From the NCBI GenBank assembly GCA_977017575.1, contig CDRNVI010000142.1, forward strand, positions 12,953 through 76,952: a stretch of 64,000 nucleotides of DNA, read 5' to 3'. The notes beneath the pieces are model-generated. The model was not told the DNA's origin and searched no databases. It saw nothing but the letters and a program-made list of their open reading frames with translations. The position numbers were made by a program, and so were the translations under genes. Of this stretch, positions 1-11,984 are shown one piece after another; position 1 is the stretch's first letter, and each line of letters starts with the position of its first letter. The DNA comes from Paramoeba atlantica. Lineage: Eukaryota; Protista; Discosea.

Positions 1-449
1 CACAAAAAGTGATGAGAATCGAGCGGTGTGTGGTTTTTTGTTTTTTGTTTTTGAAATTCAAAAAAATTAGATTTCCTTTTAGTTTGTTGATTCTTATTCT
101 TCTTTCTTTTTCTACTTGGTTTCAACTCCTTTTTTTACTTTTTTTTTCATCTGTCATTTGGAAGAGAAAAACACCTTCTTTCTTTTTGGTTCTGTTGGGA
201 ACAGTCAAGGCTCTATCAAGCACTGATACAAACAGATATGAGACTACAGAGAGAATTGGTCTTTAAGAACAAGTTTATTAACCTGACAGAGTTAGGTTGC
301 GATAACATTCGCAAGGAGCGTGACTCATGGCCAATCACCGGGTGATGTCCACGGAGCTTGACCAATCAATATGAGCCACATCAGATCGATCCACGGACAG
401 CAAACCAATCAATTGATGACACGCAAGTGGGACACTTATGGTGTCTACA

Positions 450-3339
450 GGAACCAAACAGAACCACCTCTTCTCTTCTCTTGCTCCAACCCCCCTGATC
501 TCTGTCTTTCTTTCTTCAAGCAAGATTTGGGTTTTTCCTTGTTTGTCTGTTTTGACTTTGCAGATGGTCCTTTGGAGATGATTCACTAAAACGCTTCAAA
601 AGCAGCCTGTCTTTGCTGCTCTGTGGAGTCACAAATAAAATTATTTCTTATTTTTCTCAACAAATCAATTTGATTTCAATAGATAAAAGAGTTCTTTTGC
701 TCTCCACTTTCACGTTTATTTATAATGTCGATCAAAACTGAGATTCCCAGGCTTGCCCAGACTAACTACTCTATATAGAAGAGTGCTGTTCATACACACA
801 AATCCATGCTGCAAATGGCTGGCATTACATCAGCAAGAACATTGAACCTAACACTGTTGATGGTCCTGAAAATATCAAGTCATATTGGACAGCAGCCTTG
901 CTCATAACATCCTCTGTTTCAAGCAAGTTGGCATATCTAGTCACTACCGAAAGTGATGAAAGATCATACAATCCGTCAGTTTCCTGGACGCACATCCTGC
1001 GAAGAAAGTCAAAGTGATCCGTACCAATAGTCCCAAAGAGTACAACACTTGGAGGTTATGTTCTTATTTGGATAGAAGAGGTATTCAGAAGGAAACATCT
1101 GTGCCCTACTGTCAATGTAAAGGAAGAAGTTTGAAAGCAAGGTGCAACAATATGCATTTTTCTTGGGATTGCACCAGAACACACACAGCAGATATCTTCT
1201 TCGTCCAATCAATAAGGAGGGAAAGACATCATCACCCAAGATGCTCATTTTCAAGAAATAATCTTTCCAAAACTTGAACCTCAATTTCTAATTTCACTCA
1301 AGCTCTCACTTTTCAACAGGTTTATATCTGAACTGTGAACCAAACGAAAGTATGGTCTCACCTTTGATTATTCTGAAGCAAAAAGAAGAGGAAGAGGAAG
1401 AAGAAAAGACTATCAGAGGATGAAGAAACTGAGGATGACACACCTCCTGGTACACTGCTGTTACAATCTGATCTTGTGATTGCAGGGGAGAATATATTTG
1501 ATGAGGATGATGAAGAAACCAATCACAATCCTGAGCCTAAAACGACTTTCCACCAGTTCAAAGAAGTTCGAGAGTAGTTCCTGTGCCAAACCATCATCAC
1601 CCCTTGATCTCATCTCTGAGATCACAAAGCCCCTGAGCCAAAATCCTTCAAACAAGCAATTGCATCAACTGAATTGGATAAATGGTTAGAAGCTATTAAG
1701 AAAGAGTGGTGGGATGCTTTGATTGAAAAAGAAACCTGGGAAGAGATTGACAAGAAGAAAGTTCCAAATCACCATTGTATTCTTCATCATCCTATCTGGA
1801 GATTCAAGAAGAAGCTCTATGGTCATTACAAAGCGGCCCGATTGTGTTTTGATGGTCGATTCCAAAAAGAAGGAGTTGGGGGTTTTGATGAGACTTTTTC
1901 ACACCACAGTCACACATCTTGAAGTTATTCGCATCATTCTGTCTATTGTTGCACTTGCTCGTGGTTGTTACATTGAGTTGGGAGATGTTTCAAACGCTTT
2001 CCTGAATCCCAAAGTCAACAAAGATGTCTACATGTCAACCCCACCAGAAGGTTTTGAATCTCAAGGGAGGGAAAGTCCCCAAACTAAAGAAGAGCCTCTA
2101 TGGATTGAAACAAGCTCCGAGACTGTGGAATGAAGACATTGATCAATTTCTACAACTGGAGATGAAGTTTAAACAACTCAAACTCAACAAATGTGTCTAC
2201 TCAAAGGTTGTACCTATGGAAGGTTTTGTTATAATTATCCTCTACATTGATGTGATTTACTTGTTTTATCTGTGCTACTAATGAAACAAACATTTGACTT
2301 GCTGGAGAAGAAGTTCAAAATTCAGAGAATGGGCAAACCTGATCAGTATCTTGGCATATGACATGCACTGGTTCCGAAGGATGGATGTGGAATTTATCTT
2401 TCTCAAGCAAACGTGATCTCCAAACTGCTCGATGCTTTCAAAATGCTGAACCTGAAACCAACCTCAACACCATACAACACTTCTGTGTCTCTTTAATTCT
2501 GAATGAAGATAACAAACCTTTTTTGATGTGAAGAAGTTTTGTCAAATTCTTGGCTCTTTGCTGTGGATTGCTCGGAACACTCATTCCTTCTTTCTCGCTA
2601 TGAGACGCAGCCAAAGGGTGCCTTGAAACATATTCTTCGATTCCTTTGTGGTCAAATGGATTTGGGGATTTCCCTGGGTGCAACAACAAATTCTAAACCT
2701 GTTTGTAATGCTGCATTAGAAATTTACTCTAACTCATCTTTTGCTGATCCTCAATAAAATCTTGGAAGTACCTTTGGATTTGCTCTGCTCTGCTGAATGG
2801 ATCGCCTGTTGCTTGGGGCTCAAGAAAACAAACACTCTGACTCCTACCTCTGCGGCTAAGGCCGAATTCATCGCTGCATCTGAAGCAGTCAAGGGTTGTG
2901 GCTGAAGTCTCTTGTGGCTGAGAACAGTTCAACAAACTCTTGGTGAAGACTCAATTCAAAAATTCACACTCGGACTTGATTCTCGTGCTGTTGTGGAGTT
3001 GATCAAACAACATAGTGCTCCTTTTTATGGAAAGACGAAACACACATTCACATATTCAAGCGCAATTTGTTGTTGTATCAGTTGGGTTTCTTTGATGTGT
3101 GAAGTGGATTCGTTCAAATGAAATCAGGCAAATCTATTCACCAAATGAATTGGAAGTAGTAAGTTATTCTGTGGTCTCTCTGCTCAAAGCTTCTCAAGGT
3201 GTGGGGGAGTGTTGGAACCAAACAAAACCACCTCTTCTCTTTTCTTGCTCCAACCCTTGATTCTCCATCATTCTGTGCACAAGAGAAAATGAGCGAAACT
3301 GGCGAGAAAAGAGCGTTTAGGTAACAGAAATCTGCAACA
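450..3339 (+). mobile_element. Degenerate Ty1/copia LTR retrotransposon (integrase-RT-RNase H order; gag/protease not recognisable)
   Basis: Integrase-like KVKVIRTNSPKEY..GIQKETSVPY (~1000-1110). Copia RT motifs KWLEAIKKEW..LIEKETW, YKAARLCFDGRFQKEG..FDETFS, DVSNAFLN..VYMS.PPEGF and KLKKSLYGLKQAPRLW (1674-2281). RNase H-like IYSNSSFAD..WGSRKQ..KAEFIAASEA..LDSRAV (2700-3121). Many stops and frameshifts. Confidence 0.9.
3201..3339 (+). repeat. Polypurine tract plus putative short 3' LTR of the copia element
   Basis: GTGGGGGAG (3201-3209) is directly followed by TGTTGG (3210); a candidate end CAACA lies at 3335-3339. The first ~45 bp (GGAACCAAACA.AACCACCTCTTCTCTT.TCTTGCTCCAACCC) recur at 450-495 as a likely 5' LTR remnant. 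Confidence 0.6.
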
Positions 3340-3444
3340 AAAATAAATGGATCATTTTTTGAATTTTTGAAACGTTCCAAAGATCAAAAATGAGAGAACT
3401 CTTTGTTGACTTTTCGCGAAATGAAACCAAAAAATAAGAATAAT

Positions 3445-6400
3445 TTATTCTTCCCTTTTTCTTTTACTTCCAGCTTTCACAGTTTTTTCCCTCTCAGAAC
3501 TTCGAACTCCCTCTCCTGATTCCCTCTTCCCCTTCCTTCTTGTGAAGACAAAGACGAAGATGAAGATGAAGACAAAGACAAAGATGAAGACAAAGACAAA
3601 GACAAAGACAAAGACAAAGACAAGACCAAGACAAAGATGAAGACAAAGACGAAGACAAAAGGGAGGGAGCAGGAGCAGCTCCTGCAGCAGGGCTTTTGCA
3701 CCCCCAGCAATTCCAATGGTGGTATCCAACAGATTGTGGTCATAGAGGTGTTTCTCATAAGCAGCCACCATCTTAAACATTCTGAGGAGCAAGTGGGAAC
3801 TGGACACGCGATTTGGTCTTCCGGGTGCTCATTTCATTGAACCAAGGATTGCACTAACTCTTCTTTCCCTTTGAGGGCCCACAAGTCTCCAAATGATGAG
3901 CACAAAGAAGGCAGAGAAGAGAGGTTGAATTTTGTTGTTTTTTTGTTCATGGTTTGATCAAAGCCAGAAAGTCATCTTTGTAAAACACAACCCCACAGAT
4001 TGGTCATTATATTTCAGGGATTGTGGACGACCCACAGCTCCTTTCGAGACACTCCATGATCCATGATCGATCAAGAAGAAACCATTTCACCAACTCAAAA
4101 AATCCACGGGCAACAATGCAAGCATATTCCCAGAGACAAGGGAACCGGATTTTCCATCGAACCAAAGAAAAAACATTTTCCACAATATTGGTGCCCAGAA
4201 TGGAAGTCTTGGTCAATTCAGAGGAGCGGGTTGGGTGTCATCCAAAAAAATCTTTCAGATTCTTCATGGTGGTTATCACTTGTGTGTTAAAAGTTATTTA
4301 ACACAAAATGCTTCTTGTTAGGACACCATTTTTTCCATTGCTGAAAAAGGTTCAAAACACTCTCAATCTCTTGGCATTGTGTTCAAACTTCGAAAGGCTA
4401 TTGTCCGAAACAACCTGATAAACATTTCAAATTGCTCGCAAATAAAGACACAAGGCAAGGCAAAAGTCCTTTTGTGTTGTCATGAAAGATATTGATATTT
4501 CGGTGTTTTTTGCGAATGATTCAAGATCCTCAATGTGGTTGACTAATCGCAGTACAGGGGAAATGGCTTGTTTTGTCGGATGGATGAAAGATTTTGAAAT
4601 CAAAAAAATTTAGCAACTGACCGTGCTTTTTCCAAATCAAAAAGAGATCTCTTTCAAACTCAGCAAAAACACAGGTAGGCTCATCTCCGTTCTTTTCATC
4701 TCATTTTCATCAAAGATGACACCATCGTCACCCTCTTTCTTCTTCTCTTCCTTCTTCACCATTGCACCAGCACTGGGGACTTTCTTCAGCATCATCACCA
4801 ACCATCATCATCATCAATTGGATAAAACATCCCCTCCAAACTAGTGAATGGGGGGGGATCATTATGGGAACCTTATCACCATCTTCCTCATCACCATCTT
4901 CCTCATCACCATCTTCCTCATCACCAACAGTCAGTGGTACCACCCTTCTTTGATCCATTGACAAGGGGGGAGGGGGGGTGATGGAACAAAGAAGAAGTTT
5001 ACGCCATTGATTTTTTCTTCTTCCGTTGTTGGGCTTTCAACAGAGAGAGGAGGGAGTTGGTCAATAAAAAAAGAGGAAACTCAAGGCACTTGTTCAAGAG
5101 TTGGTTTCTCCCTAACTTCACCAAATGAACGTAATCGAAGATGTGCAGAATCTTACTTTTCTTTTTTTTAAGATTTGTGAGATACTTGCCCGACCCTTTG
5201 AAACCATCCGTTGATGTCCATGTGACAAAAATCTCTTGTTTTTTTGAGAGCATCTTCGAGTTGTCCCACTTGTTTAAGCAATAATTGCTCTCCAGAAAAC
5301 CCAACTGTCGGGTAATAGGCCAGTTCAAGGGGCAGATAGTCCCACAATTTAAGATAAAGAAGAAGTGGTTCACCTTCTTTGCTAAGTCGTTCACATATGC
5401 GAAACAATTCGAACTTCTACTGCTGAAGTTCTCAACTTGAAGAGAAGAAACTCACAATATTTCTGACGCTTGACCAATCAACCGATTTGATGAGCGAAGA
5501 TAAAACCAACAACCCTGACCGAATTTCAATCTCATCAGAAACCAAACCTCCAAGAAATTTCGAATATTCCTAGTCCCCATTCAATTTTCATTCATCCCCA
5601 AACATTTTTCGAATTGCCTCACATTTCAGTGGAAGGTCCTCTTGAGAGTAAGGATCAATTGGGGGAAGAAACTCTTTCATCTTTGTAAGAGAAGGAGCAA
5701 AAAGATTGAATTTTGAGGGGGTTCAATTTCCAAATAGCCACCTTTGTTTCCTTGCCCTTGAAAACCTACTCCTACGAGTGTTCGAATTGTCTTCTTCCCA
5801 CCAACAAATAAGATGGAAGAGAAAAAGTAAAGAACATCTGGGTTCCATCAGGATTGCTCGACCATCAGGTGCTGCCAATGCCTTCAGTTGTTGCTCAATG
5901 AAGGGTGTAATGAAATGATTGAAACCAACGATCACCATACTTTTCGTTCGCTCTTTTCACTAAATCGAGGAGAGACTCATTATGATTTAATCCAAACAGC
6001 ATCCTCATTTTGTTCCAAATTATCCAGAGCCAAATATGTTGTTGGTGATGAATCACGCTCTTCAATTGTTTTTCGGCACTCGTTCTTACAATTTCCCTTT
6101 CACAAGTTCCTTGATAAAAAACCTTTAAAAAACTTTCTAAATCTCTTTTTTTTTTGAAAATAATAAAAAATAAAAAAATAAAATCTCTCTTCTGAAGAAA
6201 ATAAAATAAAATAAAACCTGAGTTGTTCGCTGGACAAAGCCTTCTCAAGTATGCCAATGAGCATCACAGGAATCACAAAGGAGGTTATACTTCCCATTTG
6301 TAATTTTTGGGAGACTATTCAACCAAACTGGATGGAAAAATTGAAAGAACACATTTGGGATCCATCCTTGATCAGACGACCAATACTCTGTGGGAGACCT

Positions 6401-8960
6401 TGAGAGCGATATTTTCGGGAAATGACACTTGAGCACAAGAATTCAATTTTTGAAGGAATACAATTATTTTCTGGTCTTTCAAAAATCCGCTACAAATCAA
6501 ACCATGATCACATTCATCTTACATTTGGAGGTTCTCAAGATCAAAAACCAGTTCGAGAAACAAAAACGGACAATCTCCAACGCATTGCAAGTAAAGGAAC
6601 ATGTGTTCAAAAGATATAAAAACATCTTATGAGCAGGTTTTTTCCGAAAACAGTCTAATCACATTGTTGTGTTGACCTCAACAAAATAACAACACCCGTT
6701 CTTTGAAGCAAAATTCAAATGTTTCTTCTTAGAAGAAGAAGAAGAAGAAGAAGAAGAAGAAGAAGAAGAAGAAGAAGAAGAAGAAGAAAGAGAGAGTTGA
6801 AGAAGAGAAGAGACAACTTCATCACCATCAGATTTTTGAGAAAACTGGGGGGGAGAGGGGAATCAAGCTTTACCTCCTTGGAGAAATTCTGGGAGAGGAC
6901 AACAGAAGACAGAGGCCCAAACATGGAGTTTTTGGAAGGTGCATTCCCATAACAAGACGACAAACACTGATATCCTCCTGGTTTTAGAACAACTATGTTG
7001 TTCACAAAATGAAAGAGTTTCATTAAAATTTTGAAAAGAGGTTCCTCTTTCAAAAACTGTCACGTAAGTTGACATCTTTCAAGGTCTTTCTGAATTGCCT
7101 GTGAAAAGACAGCATTCGCAAAGAGACAGTTCGAAACCAAAGGATGCAACTTTTCTTCCCACTTCGATTGCTCAATCAAACCTTGCGAGTATTCTCGAAA
7201 AACAAGAATTGCTCTCCCTTTAAGGGAGGCAAAAGGCGAAGAAGAAGTTCGCAACAACCTCCCGACAAAACCTCGATGCACAAACCGATTCTCATTTGCT
7301 TTCTCCCAAATGTAAGACCCTTCAATTTTCTTTGAACGAAACCGCTGGTAGAAATCTTCATCATCACAAATCATCTGATTCAGACCCCACCAATATTCCA
7401 ATCCTCCACAATCACCAAGATCAATCACAACAATCGTTTTAACTTGTGTCTCATCAAGATGTCTTGACATATCATCCATACGTACAATCAATTCCACACA
7501 AAGCCGAGAAAGATGGTCAATGGAAGAAAGATTTCGGGCATGTCGATATAACTCGTGTAATTTGTTGCGTAAATTCACATCCACAACTAATGTTTGAGCA
7601 AAAATCAAAGAATCCCAGGAGCAGTGTTAAAACAATTGCTGTTCGAAACCCTTGCTGATCCAATATCTGTTACCTTCCCAATAAATCGCCCACCAAACAA
7701 AGGCAAGAGAGCAAGAACCAATTTCTTTCTTTTTTCATCAGCAAGGCAAAGGGCCTCATCTGAGAGTTTTTGTGGTTCATACAAATTCAACCATTGTTGT
7801 TGTTGTTGTCCTTCACAACCATTCGATTCATTCAATTCATTCGATTCAAGAAATAATGATGATAATATCAATGATGAGCACTTTGCTTCTTTGTTGCTAG
7901 TAGCAGCAGCAGCAGTTCGAATTGGAGGAAGGAATCGAGGGGGAACAGGAGGTGGGGTGGTGTGACCCCCAGCAGCAGCCACAGAGGATGTTGAGGATGA
8001 CCCACCAACCACCACCATCACAACATTCAATTGGCAAAAATTTGTTCTCAGCTACCATTGCTTTTTTGGCTCCCATTTTAATCCAATCAGAGGCCAAGTC
8101 TCCAAAAGAAATTCTGAATAATGTTATATTTTAATAACAAAGTTTCAAAAAAATTTTGTGTGAAACATGGAAAAAAATGGTTATTAGTTTTTTGACTTAC
8201 TTGAAATCAGTTCCTTCTTCTTTCTTGAAATGTCCTCGAACATTTCCTTGACTGTTTTGAATTCATTGGAATCCTTGTATGAGTCGTACATTCTATGGAC
8301 ACTTCTGAAAGACACCAAAAAATTATTATTATCAATAAGGAAGAAAAAATCATCTCAAAAAAAAATCTTTCCTCCTCCTCCCCCCAACTCAACACTTTTT
8401 TTCTGTTCCTCCCCTCCTCCCCTCCCCTCCTTTTCTTTCCTTTTTTCAAAAAAAAATAATACCAATTCCTTGTTGAAGGGGACCAGCAAAACTGCTTCTT
8501 GTTACTGGCCTTGAATCCACTCTTCCCACCAACATACCACCACCACTGCCTATCATCATATCATCCCATTCAGTCCACATCAATAACCAAATTTTTTCAG
8601 GTGTTTTTTGGATTCCACTCGCTTTCAATTTTTGTCCAAGGAGCGTTTTAAGAGTCCCTTCCAAACGTTTTTTATTGGTTTCATTTTTGTGGTCCGGCAA
8701 ATTGAAAGAAAAATCTCGAAAAATCTTGAAAAATCTGTTCCACCAACCAACCGATAGTTACTCCCCTTCCGTTCTCACTTTTCCAACACCTTTTTTCAAT
8801 AATTCGAGACCTTCAATTTCAGTTCACTCTCCAAACAGATCTTGAGAAGATCATTGTGTTTCAAGGATCCTCAGCCTTCAAAGATGATTTGTAGAACTTC
8901 CGTTGCACCACTTGATAAAGAAGTCGCCTATTGGCTTCCTATTACTTGATGTTTTTAATA
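3445..8960 (-). pseudogene. Long degenerate intron-containing gene with P-element/THAP9-like transposase motifs and a C-terminal SAP-like/C2H2 region
   Basis: Protein-like minus-strand frames broken by stops and frameshifts. Motifs: SRHLDETQVKTIVVID (~7440, resembles P-type xDExxIK), RAILVFREYSQGL (resembles A..LVFM.RGL), GGYQCLSSCYGNAPSKNSMF (~6950, resembles G..V...DG..N..M), TSILGTNIVENVFSLVR (~4190, resembles QDxLENFFSxIR), LKGKEELVQSL (SAP-like) and a frameshifted CPVPTC..RMFKMVAAYEKHLYDH (C2H2). GT..AG introns at ~8200-8117 (GTAAGT donor) and ~6216-6137. No TIRs identified. Confidence 0.4.
6731..6787. repeat. (GAA)~19 microsatellite
   Basis: Uninterrupted AGA/GAA run; reads as poly-Ser in the minus-strand relic gene. 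Confidence 0.95.
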
Positions 8961-9752
8961 AAAATATGTTCTCCGTTATGGGTCAATGACCCTAACCCCC
9001 ACCACCCCTGCTTACTTTTCCACCATTCCTTTTTCCTTCTCTCTTCATCTGGCACGAACATGTCATATCTCTCTCTGCCTGGCAGCTCTCTCTTTTCTTT
9101 CTTTTCTTTATCTACGTTTTTCCCCTTCCTCCTCTCCTTTACTCTCTTAAATCAAACAATCATCTCAAAGCAAACCTGTTGTTTGTCTGTCATAAGTTCC
9201 TGCTGCTCACAAAAGCAAGTCGTTACTCACACACACACAACAGGTCAAGTTATCCCAAGACACAAGAATCGACCCCGCTGTTGTGTTGTGTTGTCCCCGC
9301 ACCAACCAAGCTTCTTCTGTAAAATATCTGCAATAAAACCTTGCTCAATCTTTGGGGATTCCTCTTCTTCTTTTGATCATCTCTTTGTTCTTCAGTTTTA
9401 AAATCATCCATCCCTCTCCTCTCCTATTTCATCATCTCACAATTATCCACACCCTCAACACCCAACACATAACCACACAATACCCAACACAAAGGTGTAC
9501 CCTTTCCCTCTCCCTCCTCTCTCCCCTTTCTTTTTTGTTTACAAACCTGTGCCAGTGTGATGTGTGATGTGTGATTACATTCAGCAATTTGATTCTGCAG
9601 GAAAAAAAAACACCAGACAATGCAAAGGTGAATCTGTTTCAGAAAATAAGATATGAATAAAAATGACAAAAAGGAAAGAGAAAAAGAAAAAGAAAAGAAA
9701 AGAGAAAAAGAAAAAGAAAAGAAAAGAAAAAAAGAAAAGAAAAGAAAAAAAG

Positions 9753-9779
<27 letters not shown>

Positions 9780-9783
<4 letters not shown>

Positions 9784-10212
9784 GAGTTTTTTCAAACTCT
9801 TCCGACACGATTTTCCAAAAAAAGAAACGTGAAGATCACGTGAATTCCGTTTCTCTCTTTTTCCATTTTATCTTTCCAAGATACAAAGACAAACTCGCAA
9901 GACTGACAGAAACTGAAAAACAAGAAAGGAAGGAAAGGCAATGCATGTACCAAAAGCGTTGGTACAACAAAAAAAGAAACTAACCTCTTCCTTCTTTACC
10001 TCCCCGGAAGTCCTCAAGGTTACAACAACAACCCTCATCATCCCAGGTTCTCTCTCTCTCTTGGCTTCTTTGTCTCATTACTTTCCTTTCAAACAGGCAA
10101 CAAATAATGAGGAAAGTCGCAACAAATTTGTTCGTTTTCTTTTTCTCTCTCTTCTCTCTTCTCTCTTCTCTCTCTCTTTTCTTTCTCTTTTCTTTCTCTT
10201 TTCTTTCTCTTC

Positions 10213-10244
<32 letters not shown>

Positions 10245-11984
10245 TCTCTCTTTCTCTTTCTCATTCAAATAAATAGAAAATCACCAAAAAAGAGAAATTC
10301 ACATATGGATATGAGAGGAGGTTTCTTTTCTCTCTTCTCTTTCTCCCTTCTCTTTCTCTCTTCTCTCTTCTCTTTCTCTTCTCTCTTCTCTCTTTCTCTT
10401 TCTCTCTTTCTCTCTTTCTCTCTTTCTCTCTTTCTCTTTTCTTTTCTCTCTCTCTCTTCTTTCTTTCTCTTTTTCCTTCTCAATAAAATTTTCTCTCCTC
10501 TTCTCCACTTCTCTCTTCTCTTCTCTCTTCTCTCTTCTCTCTTTCTTAGGAGCAAGGATGTCACACCCAAAACAATCAACAAATACGAATGAAGCAAGAG
10601 AAAAGGTTTTCTCTCTCCACTTCTCTCTCTCTCTCTTTTCTTTTCGTTTCTCTCTTTCTCTTTCTCTTCTTTTGCTTTCTCTTCTCTTTCTCACTTTTTA
10701 TCAAATCAGCTTTTTGAAGAAGAATTTCCTGTGGAACCCAAAAAATTTTTTACTCTTTTTTTGGTTCTGGGACTCAAATTGATGGTTTTCTCTCTTTTCT
10801 CTCTCTTTTCTCTCTCTTTTTTCTCTCTCTTTTCTCTCTCTCTCTCTTTTCTCTCTCTCTTTTCTCTCTCTCTTTTTTCTCTCTCTTTTCTCTCTCTCTC
10901 TTTTCTCTCTCTTTTCTCTCTCTCTTCTTCTTTTTCTCTCTCTCTCTTTCTTTTCTCTCTCCTCTCTATTCTCTTTTTCTCTTTTTCTCTTCTCTCTTTC
11001 TTTTTCAAATAATAATTTTTCTTTTCTCCTTTTTCTTTCTTTTTTCTTTCCTTCTTCTCTTTCTTCTCTCTCTCTTTCTTCTCTCTTTCTTTCTTAATCC
11101 AGTTTTTTATTTTCGGATTTTTGTGAAAAGATGAGAGAATCTTGGTTCTGTTCAAAACGGTTGGATTTGGGGCAGGTCCAGGGAAGCAAACTCGATCATG
11201 TCAAGTTCAGACAAACAAAAAGTGCTTTCTTCCATATTACTGGAATCAAAGTCTCAGTGACTGTCTCGAACACCTGACATTTCAAATCTCGAAGCAATCA
11301 TTACAATTCTCCTCACCAAACTTTTTCCTGATCTTCTCCAGGATCACATTTCCCGACATCCTCCTTCTTTGTTTTCAAAAGTCACTCTTACTTAGTCTCT
11401 CTTATCCTCGATCACCTTCAGAGGGACCATTTCAAGATTCGAAAGTTTTATTTTTTGGTTCACAACGTGCAATTCGGCCAGCAGGGCTTCCCACCCGACC
11501 ATCAGAAGAATACAAGAAATTGACCAAGAATGGAGGTTGTGGCCTTCATGTGGATGCAGAAGATCCAATTTACAACTCAGGTTTATTGATGTATTATTCC
11601 TGTTTCGTTGAACCAGATGTTGAAGATTGTGATCGTGATCATCCATTACCACAAAATGATTTGGTTTGTTTCCAACATCAGAATGGTGGAAGGGGGGCAC
11701 GAATTCAAACTATGCATCCTAACTTTCTATATCTTGCATTCCACCAATCTTGGAAGTGTCACGGCACAGTTTTTCAAGAGAATGATGTTTTTTAAGAAGG
11801 TATCCATGGTTTCCGGGTGGTAACTTATCCAATCAAAGCAGTCGAAAATCTTGTTGAACATTGTCAAGATGAAGCCCCATTTCAGTCTGTCCTCCAACAA
11901 TGGAAGACTGCCCTTCTAAATTCCTCTTCTCCAAAAAAATTGCAATGTGGCCTTGATCAAATCTTCAACAAAACTTTGGAATAA
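9780..11984 (+). pseudogene. Multi-exon gene ending in a 2OG-Fe(II) dioxygenase-like domain, best resembling TET/JBP
   Basis: ORF 11142-11795 contains GCGLHVDAEDP (HxDxxD) and SWKCHGT (distal His). After an in-frame TAA at 11793-11795 the same frame continues EGIHGFRVVTYP..KTLE to TAA 11982-11984. Small AG/GT-bounded exon-like islands sit among CT-rich introns at 9780-10790. The exon chain is not fully resolved. Confidence 0.45.

Noticed and set aside
6245-6632. Plus-strand reading frame MSITGITKEV..VQKI
   Set aside because: Splice signals and flanking motifs indicate the minus strand is the coding one; this is probably a shadow frame.
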